From contig CDPCPM010000120.1 of assembly GCA_976551045.1 (NCBI GenBank), positions 7,192,001-7,256,000 on the forward strand: a DNA stretch of 64,000 nt. The letters are read 5' to 3'. Every line of letters begins with the position of its first letter. Position 1 is the first letter of the stretch. Both the position numbers and the translations under genes were made by a program. Below are positions 12,151 through 25,371 of the stretch, one piece after another. Source of the DNA: Glaucostegus cemiculus. Its lineage: Eukaryota. The notes under the pieces are model-generated. The model saw nothing but the letters and a program-made list of their open reading frames with translations. It searched no databases and was not told where the DNA came from.

Positions 12151-14394
12151 CAATGATACTATTGTGATAGAAGGAGAAGTTTGGTCCTGTGATACCCAAG
12201 GATATTTTGGGTTTTATTTGAATATAGATTTTAAAAAGTGCTCAAGTTAAAAGAGAAATTTCCCCCTTAACTGCAATGGATGTCAGGATTTGGCATGATT
12301 GCTCTTCTGGAAATTAATTAGGATGTAGCATAGTTTTGTTTGTTAATTAAGCTGTACATTGTCAAATCTTGAGCTGGTATGTGAGACTGAAAAATGACGA
12401 ACAGCCTATTAGAATGTTATGCAACGGTGTGGATTTTCTGGTCAGCAGGGAATGAAGTTTGCTAACCATTCATTATGCTTAAACCTGCCAACAAACTTAC
12501 TGCAGGTTTCTACACCAGAAATTATAGTTATTGGAAGCCAAAAGAAAGTAGTTCTCAGGGGATCTGGAACTTGTGTGAACCAATCAAATTGTAAAGACCT
12601 TATTGAGGCACACAGAATGAAAAGAATTTGATTTTTAAAATTTGATTCCAAGTAATGTACAGAAGCAAAATTGTGAGAGTAAAAGATGAGAAAAGGGAGA
12701 CAGATGAAAAAGGAAATACGAAATCTTTAAATTTGTACAAGCACTCAACAGTAATTAAAATCTGAAGCAATGAGACACCACGTGTGTATGAGTTAGTTTT
12801 CAATAGCATTATTTCCCATTTTAAATCTCAAATACATGAATGGACAAGCCTTTTTTTTCTGAAGCAACAGCTTAAAGCAATGAATTTGTTTTGAATGCTG
12901 AGTCCCTTGATAAATCATCAGTGAAGCAAAGTATCTGCAGGAGCAGAGCAAACTGGACATTAAATTGCTGGATGCAGTGTTTAATTGTATGTTTTTGGAA
13001 GTTGTATCCCATTTATTTAATTAACAATGGACACTGATAGACTCACCAGGAATTCTAATGTAAATATGGGCTTATATATCCTACTATTAGTTTATTAATT
13101 GGCAATAAAACAACTTCAGTAGTCTTTTGATGGTTTAATTTTGAAGGTCATTCCCAATTACTTGACTTGTTGCTGTTTATCTAAAAATAGTTGAAATAGA
13201 AATTTGCTTCATCCTTTGGTAAAATAGCATTATAGAAGTCAATGAGATAACTTTCACCTGCAATAAATTGCAAAATTTTAAGAATAGATTTTTATAGAAG
13301 TATTATCATTGTGCTTTTTTTGAATGTAAAAGTGTCTTCGGTTTCCTTTGTCTTGCAACTTCTTTTCAGTAGCTAATTTGTAAATAACGCTATTAAATTT
13401 TGTATCTTTGAAGTGGAATTTTCCACCTTTAAGAGTCAGAGCATCTGCATCTGGAGTGAGTGGTTCTGAGGAAAAGTTTGTGGACAGGCTGGTATCTTCT
13501 TTCCACTTATGGATGGTCAGAATGTATCTGCATGTGCTTAGGGACTGCATGTGTCCATGTATGTGTGTGCACTAAGTCTGGTCGCCAGTCGTCTTGTGCC
13601 TCTGTTGGACTAAGACATTTGTGCAATACCAAATGGTAGTTGGTGTCCAATGAATATCTCATGTTGAAAGACTTCATGCACATCTTTCATTTCTCAAAAT
13701 TAGAGTGAAAGCAAGCCACAAACGATGCTAAGGGACAGCCTGGGAAGAATGGAAAGAATTATTACAGCTCTGATCAGTTAAATGAAAATTCAGGGCTCCA
13801 TAAGTTCTGGCAATTTTGTAGATAAATCTGCTAGTTCTATGTTAGACTAGTAAACTTGGTGTTGAAGCTTTCTTTTTTTTATAAAAGTTTGGTGAAACTT
13901 TGTTAAAACTATTAAACATTTTTAAAAATTACAATACACTTACTTGCTGCATAATCAGGAATGTTTTAGGGGTGAGGTACATGTGCAACTAATGCTGTCA
14001 GAAGTGTTCATGGATCCCTTTTTTCAGTGATGTAAGGTTTAGAAAGGTGAAAATAAATGATACAATACTATCTGTATTTTCAAAATGTTCCTCTAGGTGG
14101 AGATAAGGATCAGAAATGTTTTCACTGGCTCCTGTAATTTTGCCACTCTAGCAGTCAGGAAACTCTGTGCTGATGATATTTAACATTCAGATATAAAATA
14201 CTATTCCTTTTGTTTATGTGAAATAGCAATACAAGGACTACAAAAACAAAATGAATACTCATAGCCTGATATGATACTTGAATTGACAGTATTTTTTTGC
14301 ATTCAGTGGTTATCTTTTTAACTTCCCAGTAATACAGTATGTATCATCAAATTTGAAGATAAATTCACAACTTGAACTGAAGTGAATAAAACCT

Positions 14395-14995
14395 TTTGTA
14401 TTTGCTTCCTGTGTCATCCACTAAATCAAAGTCACAATATGTTATTACACGTGTCGATTTCTTATTTTCTGTTGTGGGATGGGTGAGCTTCATATTCAGT
14501 TCTGGACATGTCATCCAAGAGATGTTGATGAGACTTCATTTTTGCAGATGCGGCTACTTAACCCACAGAATGATAGCACACCTGTGGGAGTATAATACCT
14601 ATTCCCATCATTCAATCAGCAGTCCTGTCATGTTAAGTGAAGCCCTTGAAGCTTGCACTCCTTTCCATCACTGGAGAGCCACAGCTACGGTCTGTAACTT
14701 TGACCAGATGTTATCCAATAATTTGACATGGCTTCAATAACAGCAAGCCCCAAACCTGTGACATCTACTACCTAGAAGGACAAAGGCTGCAGGATCATGG
14801 ATTGATCACCAAATCCAAGTTCCCCTTCTTCAAGTTGTACACCGTACTGACAGTAGACTCATTGTTAGTTTAAAATCTTGCAAGACCCCACTGAACATCA
14901 TAATGTCATGGACTGCTACAGTTTAAGATAGCTGCTAACCTCTGCCAGCTGAAGTGATTAAGTGCCTGTAGCAATGATGCCAAGTTCCAATAAAT
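14395..14995 (+). mobile_element. Old CR1/L2-group LINE 3' part
   Basis: Resembles 42570-43012 (-) and 60365-60545. Contains a MEYS...W-like stretch and the CTTCCATCACTGG..CACAG and CTACCTAGAAGGACAAAGGC.GCAG blocks. Confidence 0.5.
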
Positions 14996-17900
14996 TAATG
15001 TCAAAGCTCTTGAAGCTGTTGTGCATATATACTGTAGGGTAGATCTTGTCGCACAGGAATACATAAACATCTGTGCAGAAGTTCCAAACCTTGCTTGTGT
15101 CTAGTGGGGAGGTACAAATGTGATGCAGCTATAATCAGGAAACTGTTGTCTCCTCAGCAGCAGAGTTGCTATTGTCTGCTCATTGAGTATCAGGCCATAC
15201 AAACTCATGGGTCTACACAGATTCCAGTTAACCCCAAACTTATATGCTATTGTGTTAATTACTTCCTAGGTAATGAGTAGAACCTTAATGTGAAGGAAGT
15301 GCAGTAGCATGACTGACTGTGCCATTGTCACATGATGTACATGTGGCTAAAAAGGCAGAAAAACTTGATGGAAGTAACTGATGAGGAGGGAAAATGCATA
15401 TTTAACATTACAGCAATGCAGGAAGCTATGGTGGAATGAATTTTGAGCAGCAATGCATTGGAGTGAAGTCAGCCCAAATGTTTTTGGTGTCTCAAGGATT
15501 CCTATTTTGGATTTGGATGGGTGAGGGTTGCATTTGCCACTGAGAATGTATGAGCACAAAAAACATTTTGTCACCATTAGCCTCAAGAAGCAGTAGCATT
15601 ATTCTGCATGTGTTGCCAGGCTATTGTCAGTAGTGATGTGGTAATATAAATGGGATATGAGCTGTTTATTTTAATCTCTTCCGTATTTACAATTTCTTAA
15701 AGACTGTTATTTTACTCATCATTATGTGTACAGTTGCAGCATTTCGTAACCAGTAGGAAAAGCTGGAAAGATGACAGAGAATGTGTGACAGATAAAAATT
15801 AACATTCGCTTGTTTATTAATTGGTACTGAGAACTGGCACGGGGAAGCAAATGTACACGATGAAGTAGATTAATAAGAGTGGATTACACTGAGAAGTAGG
15901 TCAGAAGAGTTCATTACTTTGTACTGTATTATGTTAGTATAAAGAAAACAGTTTAAAGCTAAAGTTGGGTCTTTGTTTAGTGTGTGTTTATTGTAAATCT
16001 TTTGCAGTTTCATGATTTTACCAAGTTCTATATTGGAAAGAAATGCAATGATTATTTTGCAATTATGAGCTTGCATCTGGATAGACTTTGTGATTTTAAT
16101 TTTATTCATATGAATAATAAAAAAGGCTTTAAACATTATTTCAGAGATCTTTATGGAACCAGTGATCCTGTTTTTCAGTGATAAGAGAAGACACATTCCA
16201 TTTTCATGTGATGGGTCTTGTGGGTTTTCACCTGTTTTGGAGTTTGCATTTCTCAGTTCCGTTCACTTTGTAAGTAAGCCTACTGACTTATGCTGACTAC
16301 AATATATTCTATTTTATTCTTAACTTGGAGATACTCCAACATGGTTCTCTATCTTTTCTATATTTTGTTTTTGCCTTTCAAAAGGATTAAAATGTAACTT
16401 GTGGCAGATTTTTTTGTTCCTTTAATTTTAGGTTAGAGCTGATGTTTTTTCAGGTGTATTACCCAAACTGGAAGTCATTGCCTTAGCTAAGCAAAAATGC
16501 TAATAATTGCATTAATATATATTACCACATTAGGTTTCCACTCTGCCCAAATTCTCTGAGTGCTAAATTCCACTGTAACTACACTCATTTATTATTGCTC
16601 AATTAAATTGCTTGCTGCAAATATCCTATGGTAGCTCACATGTGGATTTGACTAATAGCAATATCCTGCAGCTATATCATTGTCAATAAAGGAAATACAC
16701 CTTACTATATCATGGACAGGCCCACTGCAGTGTGAACTATCTTTTCACCCAATAAAACATCTCAACAAATAATTTGCAATGATTTGTACCTTGACGAATG
16801 AAATCTGCATGGTAAAAAATTGCTTTTAAGGATCTCTAGACTACGGGATCAGTTTTTAGCATTCAGAGAACTGGGCAGAAAGGAAACCAGCTTTTAAAAT
16901 GTTTATATGTTGAATTGCTATCTTTGTTCACATGTTTTCCTCTAATGTCTTAACATTTTTGAAGTGTGCATATAGATTGGGAAGCAAAGAAAGTAGAATA
17001 CTAGTTTAAATTTTAAAAATAGTATTTTTTTGTAAACTCATAAAAAATCATTTGATAGTAAAATACCCTGCAAATACTGGGTAATTGATGATGGCATTGG
17101 AATCATGTTAGGGATAAAATGCTAAATTTGAATACTCTCCAAATGGTGAGCTTTGCATAAAATAATAACCTTTAAACATTTTGGCAACTATTTTGTACTT
17201 TGAAATAATTTGACAACCATATTTTCCTCACATTTTTCAGATCTGTTTTGCTTCATCATCTAACTTCACGCAGTTGACAAAATAATGGCTACTCCAATTG
17301 GTTTAACTCATTAAAAACTATTCTATTATAAGTTTGTTAAATATTTGTGACTATCTCACAGTCAAAAATGACCAGGTTACTTCTGGTAATTTTAACTCGA
17401 CAAGTTGAGTAGATAGCTGCGAAGGGTTCTGTGCAAGTTAAAAATAGGGGTAAAAGGACGAGGGCCAAAGGGGCCCAAACAGAAGCTGTTTTACTTGTGT
17501 GATGATGAATGGATGATCTCTGGGCCATGCAATTTTCCACTACTTCCCATTGACTTTTCAGCTGCAACAGGTGGAAAATAAGCAGTGAGGAATTATATGG
17601 AGGCTGGGGAGTTAAAATATTTCAAACCTCATTTTTGTAACACAATAATGTCTATAACTCACTTCACTACTCAGCTGCTGAAAAACTTGCCTGATTTTAG
17701 GATTGTGCATACAGACTGAAACTTGCTCAGTAACCTTTTTCCCCAAATTGTATACACTCTGAAATCAAAATAAATTTTGCTGCTTTAGAGAGAATATTGT
17801 TCACAATGTGAACTCTCATGATAGCTTTTGCGGATGGACTACTAATTTTCTGGTAAATCCTAAAGCTGATACATTCAAACATCATTCATTTGAAGCTTGG

Positions 17901-19425
17901 CCATATTTTTTAAGTTTGCTTTGTTCTCTTAAACTATTGTACTGCGTAGTTGCTTGAAGGTCCCCAGCATTCACATAAATAAATGTATAAATGAAGTGAA
18001 AATTATTGTAGAATATTGCAAGAGAAGGGGTTTGATGTTTAATATTGTAAAACTTACCCCATCATTACTGGAATAAAATGCCTGTGACCAAATGGGTACA
18101 TTATGATGGTTCCCTGGGCAGGTCATAACTTACTAGATGTATCTATCTGTATACATTGCACAGTCAATCAGGAAGCAAATTTTGGGATTATATGCTGTTT
18201 TGCACACACATTTATTAGGTTCGACTCTAAGTATGGTTGTATAAAATTGAATTTGTGTGGTCTACTTAAGTTATGTACATGGTGATAAATTACACTTGCT
18301 GATTACTTCTAATAATGCCTTTTAAGGAATTTGAATGTCTCTCATTCAATATGTAAAATACACTGTATGACATAGTTGACTGCACTTTGTTTTATTTCAA
18401 GCTAACTATTGTGAGCATGCAGTTGGTGGCTTAAGTCTGCCAAGCAATATGTGTAATTATGCAGGTGCAACTAATACAACAATGCAAATATAGATATTTG
18501 TTCACTTCCATTTAACAAGTAAGAAGCAATTTACTTGAATATGAAGAATTGTTTTCCAACTTTTGTGCTCGGTGTTTGATAATCTGTATCATGCAAGTAC
18601 TTCGGGTATAATAAGTTCCATTTAAACCTGGCAAGAGGATATATTTCTCACTATTGGGTGAGGTCTTCTTCATGTGTTTATTTACACACTTAGCATTCCA
18701 CTTTTGCAAAAACAACAGAGAAATATTTGCTCTTGCTCATTAACAAACTGCTAATCAAGTATTACTATGGTGATCAACATTCTTGTTAAATCTGACATAA
18801 AAATAATGAATTTGGTTATGTCAGTGAAACTCCCTTAAACAATTTTTGAGAGGCTGACACATTGTATGAGGCATCAGAGATATTGATTAGTGGCTGTTGG
18901 CAAATTCTCATTTTAGCAACACCATGCTGAATGTTCCCATGAATTCTATCATGGATGTTGCACGCAGTAGTAGAGGAAAGTACACAAAGGAGAATGCATG
19001 TATGAGAGATGATGAAAGCTGTTTCAGAATTCAGAAAGGCCTAGTTGGAAGTGAGGTGATAAATTCCTTAAATGAACAAGGTAAAAAGTAATTCTCTGTA
19101 TATGTTATCACAGAAAATATAAATCATAGTTGCAAAAGATTTCAAAAGAATCTCTAAGACACGCTCAAAATGCAGCAAAGGCTTAAGAGAGAAAGCGTCA
19201 GTGATAGATGTTTCAATGATGTGTGTTTTATATATCATGATAATCTCTCTCATTCGTGATGCAATTTTTGCCTTTAGAAACTGTTGAACCCAAGCGTTCA
19301 AAAGTAATCTGATGTTAACAGTTCCATGCTGAGTGGTCAAGCTCAGATGCTGTCCTAAAGTGGGTACACTGAAAAATTATATCCCAGAAAGGACTGGAGC
19401 TTGATCAAAAGTGTGAAGTTCTTCT

Positions 19426-19713
19426 TTCACCGAATGATTGAGAGTGTAATCTTTCTTTTTCAGAGCGTAGATACGCATCCATGGCAATGGCCATTTTGTG
19501 TGCGGTATAGTTGACAGTATCTCTGATCACACTCTCCAGGAAAACTTCCAGCCTCAAAATGGTCTCCTTGTAGATCAGACCCAAGATCCACTGAAACCTG
19601 TCATGTTGAACCTGGCAGCAGATGGTTGCTTTGTGATGCCTTCTTCGTTGTCATGAAGCACTTTATTGGACCCCTTGGTTCCACCTTTGCCTTCTTTCTC
19701 TCTTTGCAGATGT
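19426..19713 (-). pseudogene. H4: Histone H4 pseudogene, near full length
   Basis: Minus strand: (ACA)TCT..REKEGKGGTKGSNKVLHDNEEGITK / TICCQVQHDRFQWILGLIYKETILRLEVFLESVIRDTVNYTAHKMAIAMDA / IYALKKKDYTL..FGE. Collinear with H4 [92 protein letters not shown]. No ATG; several frameshifts. Confidence 0.93.
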
Positions 19714-20319
19714 GATGCTGTCCAACAAAGGATTTGAGTGTCATAGACACAGATCCAGATTAAATATAGATAAGAGGCAATATATATGCCATACAGTGAA
19801 TTCATTTTGCAAGAGATGTATGAGGTACTGCATGTAAAAGGCCAACGCATCAACAAAATGTATCAAGTATTTACACAAATAAAGATTAATGATGTTCTTT
19901 TTGGTATATTTTGAACTCTCTACCACTCATACTATTCATTCATGCTAACTGAGGATTTTCACAAATGTCTGGTTGTGACTGGTTTTGCTGGGTTGCAGCT
20001 ATCTGATGATACAGGTGTTCATTACAACACATCCTGGCCAGTGCTCTGTTTCAGTCATTTCAGTAGAAGCATGGTCCAATCTGTTCTTTGCACTTTGAGG
20101 TGTGTTATCTTCTGAACGTAGTCACATAGATTGATGGAATAAATAGATTAATGATATGTGATTAGTGGGCACATAAATACCTATATGCATATGATCTTCA
20201 TTGCACTGTTTATTCAGAAGTCTCACAATTTGGGTGCATTGATTCAGTTTCTGTATTTTCCTGTGCAAAACGTGATGGAACTGCTCCAAGTAAAGAAGTA
20301 TAGAGTTTTAAAAATTTGA

Positions 20320-20645
20320 TCACAGGATGAAGACAAAGCTAGCAAAACCACTAGTTACTATCCATCCCAAACTACTTCCAAGGTCATTTCAGTGGGCACT
20401 TTAGAGTTAACTGCATTTGGGGGTCTGGAGTCATGTACAGCCAGTTAGAAGATTCAAGGCAGATTTTCTCCCCTGAAAGATTTTCAGGAACCAGATGGGT
20501 TATGATGTTCACCATTTCTGATACTAGCTTTAGATTCTGGTTTTATTTAATACTTGAACTTAAATACCCATCTGACATGGCTAGATATGACCTCAATCTC
20601 TTGGTCAACAGTCCATTTGAAATAACGTCACCACTGTGTCACCAT
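20320..20645 (-). mobile_element. Old tRNA-derived SINE with LINE-like tail
   Basis: Minus strand has GGTGACACAGTGGTGAC (A-box-like) and the core ACCCATCTGGTTC...GGAGAAAATCTGCC...TACATGACTCCAGACCC...TTAACTCT...CTGAAATGACC, typical of an elasmobranch SINE family. Confidence 0.6.
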
Positions 20646-20959
20646 ACTTGTATAAATTAATTTGTCGTTTCTGTGCATTTTGAAGTTGATAGGAGTCAAT
20701 TTGCTATAAAGGTTAAGAAGCAGTGGTTTGAGTTGCTCTCATTCACGTCACTGGATTTGCTAAGGCACAAAGATTGCAGACCTCCATCATTATCAGTTCT
20801 GCTGTGTTGTCTACTCCTCAGATCAAACATTAAACGGAGCAATCATGATGAATGTAAAATCCATCTGCACAAATTGTTTTCTCACTTCTGTAGATACTTA
20901 AAATTTAACTCCATCAAAAATGCAAATTATTTTTTTTAACTGTGCTCATTCTAAGTCTA

Positions 20960-21033
20960 GGGGCTGCAGCCAGAACACACTGCGCAAAAGATGCATTTCA
21001 CTGTGTGTTTTAATGTACTTGTGACTAATAAAG
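20960..21033 (+). mobile_element. 3' tail fragment of the V-SINE family
   Basis: GGGCTGC..CCAGAACAC..GCGCAAAAGATGCATTTCACTGTGTG..ATGTAC.TGTGACTAATAAAG is the reverse complement of the tails at 8004-8085 and 35341-35412. Confidence 0.8.
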
Positions 21034-23210
21034 GGTTTAAGACAGGTGAATGTCATTGCAGATGTTCGAATTTTCCACAGTAATGGACAGTGATTGAACA
21101 TTTTATTTTATACCCCACCCAATAGTCATTTCATTGATTTCAGTAGCAAAGGAAACGAGAGAGTGTAAAACAGATTCTGAGCACACTGCTGCATGTTTTG
21201 AATACTAACTTCATAACCAGGTTGTAGACATTAATGACTTGCTGTCCTTTGTTTTGAAGTTCCTCCAAAGGCAAGTGATTGTGTGCGAGTTCACCGTCAA
21301 AAATAACAATTATCTATAGATTCTCAGTAATATTAATTGATGACAGTTGGGAATGCCTAGCAATGCTCACCAGGATCTGAAGTAAAGAAATAGTTTGTTA
21401 ATATTTTTACAGACATTCCACCATATTTTTGCTCCTGTTTACTTTTTCGCATGTCAGGAAACTTTAGCTTCTTGGTTTCTTACAACACAGTATAATAATA
21501 ATAATATGTAGGAAGATACTGGTGTGAATTTTACTGCTGTAAGGGATCACTGGCCATAAAAAAAGCTGTTTCCCTTTTAAAATCCAGAAGTATTTGTCCA
21601 ACAAAAGTGAATCCAGAAGTAATGAAAGAGTCAGCTTTCCTCGCATGTGGGTATAGGGGCATATTTTGACTACAAGTGCAATAAAACAACGCTACATGCT
21701 GGTGGTATATGACATCATGACCTAAATATGTTTTTAAAAATCATTTATTACTGTCTATAAACAGAGAAGTTAGCACAAGGGATGATGAAAAAACAGTATT
21801 AATTCCTCCTTGGATTGAGAATCATTGGTGGCCCATTAGGATTCCAGATGTCATTTTGTGTGCTTTGCCATTTGTTTTCCAACATTTACTAGTTAGACCC
21901 TTGGTGCCTTCTCTAGTGCTTGTCAGGGATGTTGGCTTTTCTGCTTGAGGTCTTCCTGAAGAAACATAGTAGCCTGAGCTAAAGGCATAAAGTAAACTAT
22001 TGTCCAGGCTCTGGCTTGTGGGAAATAACTGTGCTGTTGTCAAAGGTCAAACACCATGTTGTCCAAAACTGCAAATGGGAACACCTATAACTGTAGACAG
22101 AGCAAATTAGCCCCTGTAGTTTGACAATGTATTATCTTACATAATTTTAATTCTTTTATCTGAAAGGTGAACATTTGTATTGTAGTGACCTCTTAGTAAC
22201 TCAGACTGAATCCTTTTTTTATATGCACTATAGTATTAAAGGAGACTGGGAAAATAGAGCAACTTTTCCATTGACTACTTGTTATGAGTCTTTAATTTTT
22301 AATATTTATTGGTATGCCATAATCCTTTGGAGATTTATGATGCTTCGGTTCTCTGTGTGAAAATAGGAAATTTAAGGCTTAACAATTTTTAAAATGTTCA
22401 ATAGATATAAGGCATGAAGTTAAATATTATTTTACTTACAGAAATGTTCATGATTTTGCCTTTCTTGGGAGTTGATTTCTTTCTCTGGAGCTCACAGTTC
22501 TGTAATATACTATCCATTTGAAGCCATAAGTGTGAAGTAATCTAGTTGCTTAAGAAATTGAAAGGACCAATTTTGACTTTGGTTCCTGCTACCTCAAATT
22601 TATTTTAATATTATATATTTGAGCAGAAAAGACAAGGATGACACACCCATATTCGTGTTATTTGTTAGAAAACTGAGAAAAATTGACAGTAACTTGATAT
22701 TGTTCGAAAGGGGTGAGGGCAAGGTTAGAGACTTTGTGGATATCTGTACACTTTGAAAAAGATCACATGCAAATGAATTGTGACATTGTTGTTCTAAATA
22801 ATAGTCAATGGCTCAGTGAAATGAGAACTGAACCACAAACAATAATCTATGGCTGTCAACACAGGTAGCAAGAGAAGTTCTGTGGTTTTCAGTAGATGAC
22901 ATGCTTTTTCTGTCATATTTCAATGATGTTTGTGTTTGAATTTATAATGTCTAATACAACACTTTATAACCAAAATAAGAAGCATAGCAAATTTTGCATG
23001 CTTTAATAATGCTAAAGGACTAATTAATTGTCCTTGCTTTTCACTTTTATTTTCTATTGTAAATAATTTTAGAGAATTGCAATGACTAATATCCCTCAGT
23101 TACAAAATTTAATTTTTAGGTTTACAGAAAAGCTCTCTACTTCCTGGTCAGGACCCCATTCACAACACCATAAGCTTCTGTTCCCTTAAGTTTTGTGTTT
23201 ATTTCTTGTT

Positions 23211-23459
23211 NNNNNNNNNNNNNNNNNNNNNNNNNNNNNNNNNNNNNNNNNNNNNNNNNNNNNNNNNNNNNNNNNNNNNNNNNNNNNNNNNNNNNNNNNN
23301 NNNNNNNNNNNNNNNNNNNNNNNNNNNNNNNNNNNNNNNNNNNNNNNNNNNNNNNNNNNNNNNNNNNNNNNNNNNNNNNNNNNNNNNNNNNNNNNNNNNN
23401 NNNNNNNNNNNNNNNNNNNNNNNNNNNNNNNNNNNNNNNNNNNNNNNNNNNNNNNNNNN
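23211..23459. other. Assembly gap (249 N)
   Basis: Run of N. Confidence 1.
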
Positions 23460-25320
23460 CACTTGTTCAGCCTGCTCATGTAAGTCAGTCTGATCCCATA
23501 TCTGAGCAACCAAGGCAAAAGAAGATTGACATAGTTGACTGCTGAAATAGACCCTCCTGAGGCAGAGTTCTGCTGGACTACTAACTGGGCAGAGCCATAG
23601 CATGTACTCAATGCCATGAAGAATATTTTTTTCTTCTTTCTAATTTGATGTGGCCTCCAGTGGTTGTATGGAAATGGAACAAACTGAAATTTAAATAAAA
23701 TTACATTTTTGAGGAAATTATTTAATGAATCTTTTCTATGTATCACCTTAATGTTTCTTTTAAATTGAGTAGTTCTCACATTATTGGCATTTGTGGGAGT
23801 TGCCCTTCATTTTGTTCTAAAAACATAATCATTTTGTTTTTGATCTTGTACCTTGCAGAAGTTATAACTTACATATATTTTTAATTTTTTTCACTTTTAT
23901 ATGCTTCAAAAGATTTATTCCTTTGTTATGATGGTACAGTAGTGCTGTATGTTTGACAGTGTAATAAATTCTTCCACATTAAAAGCACAAGATAACTTCA
24001 GGTTGTTGTTGTTATTGTTGGCAGTCATGTAATTGCATGAGATCTCAGACATCCTGCAGGAACCCCAAAGAAAACTTGCCAGATGTACACAGACCAGCAT
24101 TCCAGGCAGAACCATTTTTCACTGGATCAGCCTGGTCATCAAATTTGACAAAAGTTGTAGATTTGCAGTGTACTTGAGCCTGGCTGTTTGAAAATTGCAC
24201 TTTGGAATCCTATCACAGAAACAACAACAAAACCAAAGAAAGAAAACATTCCTTTTCTCTATTGTTGTCCACATCTGTGGTTCTCTCTGTACTTTAGCCT
24301 CTCCGAAGTGACTCCTTTCTCTCTCTTTACTGGAGTCCAAAGTATAATTTGGTTGAAGGAATCAAACTTGTAGTATTATTCGTCAATCCTTAATGTTTCA
24401 AACAATTGCTTGAATTTACTTTATATTACTTGTAACTGGGCATTCATCGCCAGTGTAATTTATAAAATGCAGAATTATTGCAATTCTTTTTCATAACTAA
24501 TATAAGATCAACTTGATGGTACTGAATCTGAGGCAAACCTACTGGTCATTAATCCTGTTAGTCCGTACGCAGTACATATAAGTGTATTTTGAATAGCTAC
24601 AAGGAAGTTCTTAATTGATTAATATCCACCACCAATTTGGCAACAAGAAAGTCCATAAACGTGGGTGCTTTAGGGTATTTATAATGACCATCAAGGCTCT
24701 GTTTGTGTGTGTGTGTGTATACATGAGTGAGAGGAAGAGAGATGGAGGTTGGCTGGGTAGTGCATAGGGGGCAAGAAGGTATGTGTGTCTAAGAGCCTGG
24801 GAAGGCTGCAAAAGGCATAATATAGGAAAGACTTAATATTATCAACTTGTTTTAGTATGAAATTATTAAAAAGGACAAGACATTCACTTTGAAGTCTAGT
24901 TTGCCCGTTATTATTTATCTCACCATATGCAATTGAAATATATATGGAACTATTTATGTTGTGTATTGGATTTTAATCAGCCATAGTAAAGCTTAAAAGT
25001 CATCAAATACCTCTGGCATGTCTGTGCTGTCTGATATTGTTTGTTTGAGCTAGTCCGCTGACACAGTATGCTGTTGTACCAATGGCAGTTCCTATGCAAT
25101 CAGTTTACATTCTCAAATGACCATCATGGAAGAACACCAGCCCTAAATAATTCCCCTCATTGGTCTCTGTTATGGAGAAGCATTACAAGTTAACTAGAGA
25201 GCCTGTTTTACACATTATTGAAGAAAAAATGGGTGGATTTGGAAAAAATGTCTTTGTTTAAGAGGAAAAGAATTATGCATATCATTTGGAATAGATTTTG
25301 CAATAGGTTGTGTAATTGGT

Positions 25321-25371
25321 AACACAAGAGACTGCAGATGCTGGAATCTGAAGCAGCAAACAATCACTCCA
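25321..25371 (-). mobile_element. 51-bp PLE 3'-tail insertion with 11-bp TSD
   Basis: AACACAAGAGACTGCAGATGCTGGAATCTG..., flanked by GTGTAATTGGT at 25310-25320 and 25372-25382. Confidence 0.85.

Noticed and set aside
13278-13550. 90-aa minus-strand ORF with protein-like composition
   Set aside because: No recognisable family and no convincing splice sites.
23186-23779. Long ORFs spanning 23.2-23.8 kb
   Set aside because: Artefacts of the N gap.
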